DNA of 32,000 nt, taken from contig CAWATR010000015.1 of NCBI GenBank assembly GCA_963784985.1, positions 148,902 to 180,901 of the forward strand, read 5' to 3'. Both the position numbers and the translations under genes were made by a program. The stretch is from an uncultured Thermoleophilia bacterium (lineage in GTDB: Bacteria; Actinomycetota; Thermoleophilia; Miltoncostaeales; Miltoncostaeaceae). The first letter of the stretch is position 1. Each line of letters opens with the position of its first letter. Under the pieces are notes generated by a model, which was given only the letters and a program-made list of their open reading frames with translations, had not been told where the DNA came from and ran no database searches. This document shows, piece by piece, positions 13,721-22,312 of this stretch.

Positions 13721-15461
13721 GTGCTGGTGATGGTGGGACTGCTCCTGGCGTGCGGGGCGGCCGTTGGCGCCGTGCGCGCCAGCCAGTCGCCGACGACCGC
13801 GACGATCGCGACAACACCGCGCGCGACATCGGGCCACGCGCGCGAGCTGCCCACGCTCTCCACCCACACCGTGCTCGAACTGGCCGGCCGCTCGCAGGCC
13901 GTCAAGGACTGGATCGCCAGCCACCCCGTGTACCGCACGACGCCCCAGTACGACCCCACCGCACACCAGTGGACGGTCTACTACGTGTCGCGGAACAAGC
14001 AAGGCGTCGAGACGACCCAGGCCGAGGTGCTGATCGACGACAACACCGCCGAAATCCAGGAGACCCGCACCGGCCCGCAGGTCGCCTGGATGATGGCGCG
14101 TGGCTACTGGGGGGCCTTCGGCCGGCACATCAACGATCCCTGGATCTGGTCGGGACTGTGCGCGCTGTTCTTCATGCCGCTCGTGGAGATCCGCCGCATC
14201 TTCAGTTGGCGCACGCTCGATCTGCTGGTGCTGCTGAGCTTCTCGCTGTCGCTGATCTGGTTCAACGCCGGCGAGGTGCTCACCTCGGTGCCGCTGGTCT
14301 ACCCGCCGCTGGCCTACCTGGCGGTGCGCATGGCGCTGATCGGCACCCGCCGGGTGCGCACGCAGCGCGCAGGGCGGCCCGGCGGGCCGGCAGCCCGACC
14401 GGGACGCCTCGCACGCCCCGTCGTTTCGCGGCTGGGCGCCCACGTGGCTGCTCATCGCGGTGCTGATGCTCTCGCTGGGCCTGCGGTACTCGCTGAACGC
14501 ATTCGATTCCAACGTGATCGACGTCGGCTACGCGGGGGTCATCGGCGCGCACCAAATCGTCCACGGAGTCATCCCCTACGGGACGTTCCCGGCGGCCTGC
14601 GGGCACTGCGACACCTACGGCCCGCTGACGTACGTGGCCGTCGTGCCCTTCGAGGTGGTCGCGCCGTGGCACGGCAGCTGGGATTCCCTGCCGGCGGCCC
14701 ACGCCGCCGCAACCGCGTTCGACGTGCTGTGCGTGGTCGGGCTGCTGACCCTCGGGTGGCGACTGGGCGGGTTCCGGCTCGGCGTGGCGCTGGCGACCGC
14801 GTGGGCGGCCTTCCCGTTCACCGCCTACGCCCTCGAGAGCAATACCAACGATGCCCTGGTCGCGGCGATGCTCATCTGGGGCCTGGTCGTCGCCGCGCGG
14901 CCGCTCGGGCGCGGGCTGATGCTCGGCCTGGCGATCGCCGCGAAGCTGTCGCCCGCGATCCTGATCCCGCTGTGGTGGCGCCATCCATATCCGCGCGGCC
15001 AGCGGCGCCACGGGTGGCTCTGGTTCGCCGCCGGGCTCGCGATTGCGATACTGCTGACCGGCTGGGTGATCCTGCTCGGGGGACTGACCGGCATTCACAC
15101 CTTCTGGACACGTACGGTCAGTTATCAACTGGGACGCCAAACACCGTTCTCGATCTGGGGGCAATACCCGGGCCTGCGGCCCGTGCAGCTCGCGCTCATC
15201 GCGATCGTCGCGGTCGCGGCGCTGGCCGTGGTGCGCTGGCCGCGCGAACGCGATCTCCTGACACTGACCGCCCTCTCGGGCACACTCATGATCGGCCTGC
15301 AGCTGACCCTCAACTACTGGTTCTACTTGTATATCCCGTGGTTCCTGCCGTTTGTGCTGGTCGCCACCGTCCCGCACTGGCCCAGACCGCTGCCGATCGC
15401 ACCGTCACCCGCCAGCGACGCGGGTGACGGTGTCGTGATGGCGGAAGCGACCGCCGGATGA
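13721..15461 (+). CDS. large GT-C-fold membrane glycosyltransferase-like protein (GT87/DUF2029-like) with an extra N-terminal extracytoplasmic domain; one frame break as sequenced
   Basis: Candidate starts are GTG 13721, GTG 13727 and ATG 13730, giving the anchor 'VLVMVGLLLACGAAVG'. A soluble segment follows ('HQWTVYYVSRNKQGVETTQAEVLIDDNTAEIQETRTG'), then many TM helices. The loop motif 'IDVGYAGVIGAHQIVHGVIPYGTF' is shared with the two downstream paralogues. A +1 change is near 14340-14400 (frame of 13214.. into ORF 14460..15461). Confidence 0.7.
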
Positions 15462-16726
15462 CCCGCCGCGACCTCGCACTTCCGGGCGGTCTCGTCGCGC
15501 TGGCGGTCTTCGCGTGGGCGTGGCCGCTCCAGCACGTGGCGCTCTGGACGGCGCGCGACGACGCTGGGCGACGTGGGCGTCTACCTGCGCTACGCACGCT
15601 GGATGTCCCGAGGACTCGTGCCCTATCGCGACTTCCACGTCGAGTATCCGCCGGGCGCGACGTTCATCTTCTGGCTCGTCTGGCAGTTGCCCGGCCAGTA
15701 CCGCAGTGCGCTGAGCGCCCTGATGCTGGTGTGCCTGTGCGTGTGCCTGCTCGGCGTCGTGGCGACCGCGCGGGCCCTCGGGCTCTCGCCGGCCCGCCAG
15801 GCGATCGCCGGCGGGATCGTGGCGCTCTCGCCGCTGCTGCTCGGGCCGATCGTCGTCGAGCGCTTCGACATGGCCGTGGCCGCGGTGACGGCCTGGCTGG
15901 TCTACGCCGCGATCACCGAGCGCTGGAAGCTGATGTGGGGACTGCTGGCGGCCGGTGTGCTCATCAAGCTCATCCCGATCGCGCTCCTGCCGCTGCTGGT
16001 CATCTGGCAGGCCCACCGCCGGGGCTGGACCCCGGCGATTCGCGGGGCGCGCGTATCGATCGGGGTCGTGATCCTCGCCGTCCTGCCGATGCTGATCATC
16101 TCGCCGGCGGGTACCTGGTATTTCATCGACTACAACTTCCGCCGGCCGCCGCAACTCGAATCGCTGACCTCCAACCTGTTCCTGCTGCTGTCCAAGTACG
16201 GCCACTACCGCTTCCGGGTCGTCGAGACGTTCCACAGCAACGGCGTCGCAGGGCACGCCGCCGTCCGTGGTGGCGACGATCTCCATGCTCGTGCTGGTGG
16301 TGCTCGTGATCGCGCTGCGCGTGGTGGTCCTGGAGACTGCTCGGCAGCAGCACGGGCCCCGCGGACCGCGGGATCCTCGTCGCGGGGGCGGCGGCGACCA
16401 TCGTCGCCCTGACCGTGTTCGGCAAGGTGCTCTCCCCGCAGTACATGATGTGGCTGCTCCCGGTGACCCTGGTCCTGCAGGGACGCTGGGGACGCGCCGC
16501 CATCCCGCTGACGGTCGCGGCCCTGCTCGTCACGCTCGCCTACTTCCCGACCCATTTCGCCGAGATCTCCAAGGTGCAGATCTACGTGATCCGCCTACTC
16601 ACGCTGCGCAACCTGCTCCTCGTGGCCCTGCTGGTCGTCTGCTGGCCGCGGGCGTCGTCCGGACGGACGGCGGCCACCGCTGACACCGACCGGACGGCCG
16701 CCGCGACCCCCGAGCCGGTGGGCTGA
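15458..16726 (+). CDS. GT-C-fold membrane glycosyltransferase-like protein (GT87/DUF2029-like), paralogue A; three frame breaks as sequenced
   Basis: The ATG overlaps the upstream stop (ATGA, 15458-15461). It reads 'GDVGVYLRYARWMSRGLVPYRDFHVEYPPGA', 'ERWKLMWGLLAAGVLIKLIPIALLPLLVIWQAHR', 'GTWYFIDYNFRRPPQLES', 'FGKVLSPQYMMWLLPV'. +1 changes are near 15553-15562, 16255-16270 and 16330-16345. Confidence 0.7.
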
Positions 16727-16786
16727 ATGCGCGCGCCGTCGAGCCGACCCGTGCCGCACCGCCGACGTTGCCGCCGAGATCGCCCG

Positions 16787-18094
16787 ATGACCGGCGCGCG
16801 CCGCTTCGCGCTGCCCGCCAGCCTGGTCGCGCTGGCGATCATCGTGTGGACGATCCCGCTGCAGCGCGTCGGCGATCTGGACCGATCACCAGATCAACCC
16901 CGACGTGAACCTGTACTTCGACTACGCCCGCGCCATGGCCCACGGCGCAGTGCCGTACCGCGACATCCATATCGAGTACCCACCGGGTGCGACCGGCATC
17001 TTCTATCTGACCTGGTGGCTGCCCGGCAGCTACGTCAACGCGTTCAGCGGCCTCATGCTCGCCTGCCTGTGCGTGTGCCTGGTCGGCGTCGTCGCCACCG
17101 CCCGGGCGCTCGGGTACTCGCCGGCCCGCCAGGCGGTCGCCGGCGGGGTCATCGCGATCTCGCCGCTGCTGCTCGGCTCGCTCATCCAGGCGCGCTTCGA
17201 CCTGGCGGTCGCGGCGGTGATCGCCTGGATGATGTTCGCCGCCGTGACCGAGCGCTGGAAGCTGATGTGGGCGCTGCTTGCCGTCGGAGTCGTCATCAAG
17301 CTGGTGCCGATCGCGCTGCTGCCGCTGCTGGTGATCTGGCAGGCCCATCGCGTCGGCCTACGCGCCGGCCCTCCGGGGGGCAGTCGCGGCGCATCGCGAT
17401 CGCCGCGCTGGTCTTCGTGCCGTTCGCGATCATCACGCCGTCGGGGACCTGGTACTTCATGGCCTACAACCTGCGCCGGCCGCCGCAGATCGAATCGATG
17501 GCCGCGAGCGTGTTCCTGGCCATGCATGCGGCCGCGGGCACCTACGTGCACGTCGTCCACAACTACGGCAGCCTAGGGCTGAGCGGCCGCGGTCCCGCCG
17601 CGCTCGGGGTCGCGCTCACGATCGTGCTGGCCGTGCTCGTGGTCGCCTGCGCGGTCTGGTGCGCGCGCCTGCTGGCGCGGTCCCATCCGAGCCGCGACGT
17701 CGAGATCCTCATCGCCGGCGCGGCGGCCACGATGGTCGCCCTCACGGTGACGGGCAAGGTGCTCTCGCCGCAGTACATGATCTGGCTGTTGCCCGTCGCG
17801 GTGTTGGTCCCCGGACGCTACGGGCGCGCGGCACTCGCGACGATGGTGGCCGCGATGCTGCTCACCCAGGCATTCTTCCCCCTCAACTACTGGGATCTCG
17901 TCGAGCTGCACCCCCACGAGATCGCGCTGCTGGCGGTGCGGAACCTGACCCTGGTCGGCCTGCTGGTGCTGTGCTGGCCCCGCGCCTCGCTCGGATCCCT
18001 CCCGATCGCCGGACGGGTCATCGGCGGCGGCCCGCACGCGGCACAGGTCAACGGGCCGCCGACCGCGGTGCCCGCCCGACACATCGTCGACTGA
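16787..18094 (+). CDS. GT-C-fold membrane glycosyltransferase-like protein (GT87/DUF2029-like), paralogue B; three frame breaks as sequenced
   Basis: The ATG at 16787 gives 'MTGARRFALPASLVALAIIVWTIPLQ', which aligns with paralogue A 'MTRRDLALPGGLVALAVFAWAWPLQ'. It reads 'PDVNLYFDYARAMAHGAVPYRDIHIEYPPGA', 'ERWKLMWALLAVGVVIKLVPIALLPLLVIWQAHR', 'GTWYFMAYNLRRPPQIES', 'GKVLSPQYMIWLLPV'. +1 changes are near 16873-16880, 17352-17358 and 17388-17393. The ORF is open from 16727. Confidence 0.7.
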   Translation: MTGARRFALPASLVALAIIVWTIPLQRVGDLDRSPDQPRREPVLRLRPRHGPRRSAVPRHPYRVPTGCDRHLLSDLVAARQLRQRVQRPHARLPVRVPGRRRRHRPGARVLAGPPGGRRRGHRDLAAAARLAHPGALRPGGRGGDRLDDVRRRDRALEADVGAACRRSRHQAGADRAAAAAGDLAGPSRRPTRRPSGGQSRRIAIAALVFVPFAIITPSGTWYFMAYNLRRPPQIESMAASVFLAMHAAAGTYVHVVHNYGSLGLSGRGPAALGVALTIVLAVLVVACAVWCARLLARSHPSRDVEILIAGAAATMVALTVTGKVLSPQYMIWLLPVAVLVPGRYGRAALATMVAAMLLTQAFFPLNYWDLVELHPHEIALLAVRNLTLVGLLVLCWPRASLGSLPIAGRVIGGGPHAAQVNGPPTAVPARHIVD

Positions 18095-18189
18095 TTCGCG
18101 CAAAATCCGCCGCCGCACCCAGATCTCCGCCCGGGCTGGGCTATGGTCAGGTTGGTATTCGTGAACCGCACAACTCGGGAGGCATCTGG

Positions 18190-19276
18190 ATGGCGACACA
18201 GGTTCGAGGCGGGATCGATGCGATCGTTGAGCTGCTGGGTGAGGACGCGCCGCGGCTGTTGGACCACCGCTGCACCACCATCCCCGCCAGCCGCCTGACG
18301 ACTCCCGGGCCCGACTTCGTCGACCGCGTCCTGATCGACTCCGATCGCTCCATCCCGGTGCTGCGGTCGATCCAAACGCTGTTCGGGACGGGGCGCCTCG
18401 GCCGCACCGGCTACGTGTCGATCCTCCCGGTCGATCAGGGCATCGAGCACTCCGGCGGCGCCTCGTTCGCCAAGAACCCCGACGTACTTCGATCCGCTCA
18501 GGATCGTCGAGCTGGCGATCGAGGGCGGCTGCAACGCCGTGGCGACGACGCTCGGCGCACTCGGGATGGCCGCGCGCAAGTACGCCCATCGGATCCCGTT
18601 CCTGCTGAAGCTCAACCACAACGAGTTCCTGTCGTACCCCAACACCTACGACCAGATCATCTTCGCCTCGGTCAAGCAGGCACGCGAGATGGGCTGTGTG
18701 GCCGTCGGCGCGACGATCTACTTCGGCTCGAACGAGAGCAAGCGGCAGATCCAGGAGGTCTCCGCCGCGTTCGCCGCCGCGCACGAGCACGGCATGGCCA
18801 CCGTCCTGTGGTGCTATCTGCGCAACTCGGCCTTCAACACGACCAAGTCCGGCGGGCCCGACTATCACGTCGCCACGGACCTCACCGGCCAGGCCAACCA
18901 CATCGGCGTCACGATCGAGGCCGACATCATCAAGCAGAAGCTGCCCGAGACGGCCGCGCCCGGATTCGTCGAGCTGAACTTCGGCAAGTCCGATCCCCGC
19001 ATGTACAGCGAGCTCATGTCCGACCACCCGATCGACATGACCAGGTACCAGGTCGCAAACTGCTACATGGGCCGCATCCCGCTGATCAACTCGGGCGGGG
19101 CATCCGGCGACAACGACCTGCACGACGCCGTCGCGACCGCGGTCATCAACAAGCGCGCCGGCGGGTCGGGCCTGATCTCCGGGCGCAAGGCATTCCAGAA
19201 GCCCATGGCCGACGGCGTGGCGCTGCTCAACGCGATCCAGGACGTCTACCTCTGCCCGGAGATCGACCTGGCCTGA
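18190..19276 (+). CDS. fbaB: fructose-bisphosphate aldolase class I (FbaB/DhnA type); one frame break as sequenced
   Basis: GGGAGG at 18177-18182 lies 7 nt before the ATG at 18190. The protein is colinear with my recollection of E. coli FbaB: '[14 protein letters not shown]', '[32 protein letters not shown]', '[19 protein letters not shown]', '[22 protein letters not shown]', 'VGATIYFGS', 'DLTGQANH', '[18 protein letters not shown]'. A +1 change is at about 18484. Confidence 0.92.
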
Positions 19277-19318
19277 GCGCCGCGACCGACGCGCGCACCC
19301 GGCGGATCATGCGCGCAC

Positions 19319-19344
19319 CGACGGGACCTGATGGGATCCCGTCG
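19319..19344 (+). terminator. weak hairpin downstream of fbaB
   Basis: CGACGGGA (19319-19326) pairs with TCCCGTCG (19337-19344), an 8-bp stem with a 10-nt loop, 43 nt after the fbaB stop. There is no T-tract. Confidence 0.25.
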
Positions 19345-19452
19345 GCGCGGTCGTGCCGCCGAGGGCTCGCCCCGGCATCGACTACGCTCAGATCGGGTGC
19401 TCGCGACGGCGCCGTCCCGGGCCGCCCGGTACCTCCAGCGTCCGGACACCGC

Positions 19453-20859
19453 ATGCCGCAGATTCCAACGGGTCGCCCGCAGCGCCGCGATGACGACGCC
19501 GCTCGTCCACGGCGCCGACTCCTGGGCGCGGTGGGCTCGGGGCTCGGGGCCGCCTGCCTGGCCGGACTGGTGCTGGCCGCGACCGGCGCCGCAACCGCCC
19601 CGGTCGGATCGGTGGCGATCACCTCGCCGGGCACGCGCGGTCCACCGCGGGCAGTTCGTGCCCCTGTCGGCAACCGACCCGGTGGGCTGGTTCTGCCAGG
19701 TCCGGGCGAGCGACGGCCGGCACTCGAGCGTGATCACCGGTGTCGTGGCGACGCCGAACGGCCTGCTGCACTCGGGGTGGCTCGTCCCGCGCGCGACCCG
19801 GGTCCGCGCACTGGACCGTGACGGTCGCCTGCGGGCCATCGCCCGCGCCGTTCGCGCCCGGGCAGGTCCGCGTGGCCTCCCAGCGGCGCGTCGTACTCGC
19901 CCCGGTGCCGGCCTCGAAGATCACAGCCGGACATCGTCGACATCACCGCGCCGTTGGGGTATCAGTCCGGCAGCTACGCGGCGGGCACCGGCATCGTGAT
20001 CGCCGCCTCCGGCCTCGTGCTGACCAACAACCATGTGGTCGCCGGCAGCACGGGCATCGCCGCGATCGACCTCGGGAACCGCCACCAGCTACCGGGCCCG
20101 GCTCGTCGGAATCGCGATCTCCGCCGACCTCGCGGTCCTGCAGCTGGAGGGCGCACACGGGCTGCGGCGTGCGCCGTTCGGCAACTCGGCGTTTGCCGTC
20201 CGCGGCAGCGGCGTCAGCGCGGTCGGCAACGTCGGGGGGCGCGGCGGGGCGCCGACGATCACCTCCGGGATCATCACCGCCGTCAACCAGCTCGATCGTC
20301 GCGACCGACGGCGTCGCCAACACGGTCGAGCACCTGACCGGACTGCTGCAGACCAACGCCGTCCTGCGGCCCGGTGACTCCGGCGGTCCGCTGGTCGACA
20401 CGGCCGGGTCGGTCGTCGGCATCGATACCGCCGCGGCGGGTGACGGGACGTCGGATCCGACGGGCTTCGCCATCCCGTTCACGCCGGCGCTGGCGACCGC
20501 CCAGGCGATCCTCGCCGGGGTGCCGCGCCCGGGACTCGCGCTCGGATCGCGACGCATACACGGGATTCCTCGGCGTCCAGGTCGTCGGCGGCACGCCGCG
20601 CGGCGCCCGGATCGTGCAGGTCGAACACGGGTCGCCCGCCGATCATGCCGGGCTGCACGCCGGCGAGACGATCACGGCGCTCAACACCAACCCGACCGCC
20701 TCTCCCGCGATCCCGCCACGCCCGATCGCGACCACCGGGCAGCTGACCGCCCTGCTCGCTCACCTGCACCCGGGCGCCGAGGTCGCCGTCACGGTCACCG
20801 GCCCGAACGTGCCCACCACGCCCGTCTTGGTCACCTCGGGCGTCGGCGCCGCGCGCTAA
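19453..20859 (+). CDS. secreted/membrane-anchored trypsin-like serine protease with C-terminal PDZ (HtrA/S1C-like); about six frame breaks as sequenced
   Basis: The ATG at 19453 gives a basic N-terminus plus the anchor 'LLGAVGSGLGAACLAGLVLAATGAA'. The catalytic triad is in three different ORF fragments: 'GLVLTNNHVV' (19954..), 'ISADLAVLQL' (20033..) and 'RPGDSGGPLVD' (19740.. frame). The PDZ-like 'FLGVQVVGG..GARIVQVEHGSPADHAGLHAGETITALN' is in 20374..20859. All six changes are +1, near 19620, 19800, 19925, 20085, 20290 and 20540. Confidence 0.8.
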
Positions 20860-20860
20860 T

Positions 20861-20898
20861 CGACCGACACGCGGTCGGTGCCGCGGGGCCGTCGGCAC
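20861..20898 (+). terminator. two short GC hairpins directly after the protease stop
   Basis: CGACCG/CGGTCG (20861-20877) and GTGCCG/CGGCAC (20878-20898) start 2 nt after TAA (20857-20859). The stems are only 6 bp and there is no T-tract. Confidence 0.25.
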
Positions 20899-20977
20899 GC
20901 CGCCGCGCCGGCGGGTGTGGTCGGCGCTGGGCGCCGCGATTCTGGGCCGCACGCGATCCGGTCACCGGCGGGCCGGT

Positions 20978-20983
20978 TAGATT
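20978..20983 (+). promoter_or_regulatory. candidate -10 hexamer TAGATT placed for a leaderless GNAT transcript
   Basis: TAGATT fits the TAnnnT form. It is followed by exactly 6 nt (ctcggc) and then the ATG at 20990. There is no Shine-Dalgarno-like purine run before that ATG. Confidence 0.3.
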
Positions 20984-20989
20984 CTCGGC

Positions 20990-21508
20990 ATGGACGCCGC
21001 GCCACCGGACGACGACCTGGTGATCGGCGTCGCCGGGTCCGGACGCATCGACGGGCTCGAGTCCCTCTGGCTGGCCCTGCACCGCCACCATCGCGCGGTC
21101 GCCGCCGTGCCCGTGCAGTCCGACGACCGGCTCTCGTGGGAGCTGTGCCGCGCCAACTACCGGCGCCACATCGATGCGGACGAGGGCTTTCTGGTCGTCG
21201 CCGACCGACCGGCGGGCCCGGTCGGGTACGCGATGGTGCTGCTGCGCAGCGGTCCGGATGACACCTACCCGTTCGCCGGCCGCTTCGCCGAGGTGCTGAC
21301 GCTGGTGGTCTCGCGCGACGAGCGCGGCGGCGGCGTCGGGCGGCCGGCTGCTCGATGCCGTTGACCGGAATTGGCGCGGCGGGGGATCCGCGACCAAGTG
21401 ATCGCCGTGATGGCCGGCAACGCGGCCGCGCAGCGGCTCTACGAGCGCCGCGGGTTCGTCCCGGGCGAGATCATCCTGTTCCGGCTCGGCGGACCGCCGG
21501 GCGCCTAG
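20990..21508 (+). CDS. GNAT-family N-acetyltransferase; two frame breaks as sequenced
   Basis: 'GFLVVADRPAGPVGYAMVL', 'AEVLTLVVSRDERGGGVG' (motif A start). After changes near 21338-21345 (+1) and 21366-21370 (-1, GG where GGG is needed) it reads 'RLLDAVDRELARRGIRDQVIAVMAGNAAAQRLYERRGFVPGEIILFRL'. Confidence 0.75.
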
Positions 21509-22230
21509 GTGTCCAGGCACCGACGCCACCGCGGATCGCTCACCGGTCGCTGCCCGCTGGCGCGGCGCACCGCGTGCGCCCACTCGGGCAGCATCAGCGC
21601 GGCTCCGGCGAAGAAGCACAGCGCCCCGAGCAGCGTGCCGAGGTTGGCCCAGCGCGGATCGATCGCCTGGCTGCTGTGCGGGCAGCACGTAGCTGGCGAT
21701 CGCCGAGACCATGAAGAAGATCGACCCGATCATGTTCAGCCACGCGATCTCCCATGCGAGCGACCCGGGCTCGAGCTCGAACAGCGGCCCGAGCGCGAGG
21801 ATGGCGAACGCGCTCGAGACCAGGAACAGCACCGAGCCGACGAAGTCGGGGACCCAGACCAGGTGGTGCGTCTGGGTGGTGGTCAGGTTCGTGGCGATCG
21901 CGAACGCGGTGCTCGCGTTGAAGGCGAGCGTGCCCGGGAACTGCGTGGCCGCCGCCAGCCAGCCGCGGTCGTGCGGCAGCCAGGCCCGCAGGACGGCCGG
22001 CCGGCGCCGCAGGTCGTCGCCGTCGGGCGCCATCTGCGGGCTTTGGGACTGCACCAGCTGCGAGAACGAGGCGCTCGTGAAGAAGATCGAGCCGACGAAG
22101 AACGTGATCGCATCCGGACGGCTCCGACGGCGTTGACGTACCAGGGGATCGTGCCCAGCGCAAAGCACGCCGACCCGATCATGAACAGCACCGCGATCGC
22201 GGCGTTGAGGTGCCGCGGGCGCAGGCGCAT
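21505..22230 (-). CDS. polytopic membrane protein with YrhK-like repeated 'GS.(F/L)F' helices; two frame breaks as sequenced
   Basis: From the ATG at 22230: 'AIAVLFMIGSACFALG', 'ITFFVGSIFFTSASF', 'FVGSVLFLVSSAFAILALG', 'NMIGSIFFMVSAIASY', and a third fragment 'ANLGTLLGALCFFAGAALMLPEW' ending at TAG (21505-21507). Changes are near 22110-22125 (-1 or +2) and 21655-21665 (+1). The family assignment is from motif memory only. Confidence 0.5.
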
Positions 22231-22233
22231 CAG

Positions 22234-22312
22234 CGCACGCCCCGCGTGCGCCGCGTGCCTGCGCGCCGCAGGGCGCCGCTGCGGGCGGCCGTCGCCGCAC
22301 CCCGACGGCCGC
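22234..22312 (-). terminator. three consecutive GC hairpins filling the spacer after glutamate decarboxylase
   Basis: Hairpin 1 is GCGGCCGTCG/CGACGGCCGC (22285-22312), a 10-bp perfect stem with an 8-nt loop abutting the TAA stop at 22313-22315. Hairpin 2 is CCGCAG/CTGCGG (22266-22284). Hairpin 3 is GCGCACG/CGTGCGC (22234-22251). Confidence 0.4.

Larger units (their letters stand above)
15458..18094 (+). repeat. tandem gene duplication (two ~420-aa GT-C paralogues head to tail)
   Basis: Identical nucleotide blocks are visible in both copies. Examples are 'gcctgtgcgtgtgcctg' (15733 / 17064 region), 'tcgccggcccgccaggcg', 'ctcgccgctgctgctcgg' and 'accgagcgctggaagctgatgtgg' (15917 / 17248 region). 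The proteins are colinear along their full length. Confidence 0.75.

Noticed and set aside
16727-16786. The upstream ATG at 16727, immediately after the previous stop, could be the start of the third GT-C gene. Similarly, 28140 could be the start of the oxidoreductase ORF, and 23750 or 26292 could be starts of gad and the PPDK-like gene.
   Set aside because: The extra N-terminal residues are Arg/Pro-rich filler with no counterpart in the paralogue or family. The internal starts at 16787, 28487, 23699 and 26211 align with homologues. Each has either an SD-like sequence or a stop/start overlap.
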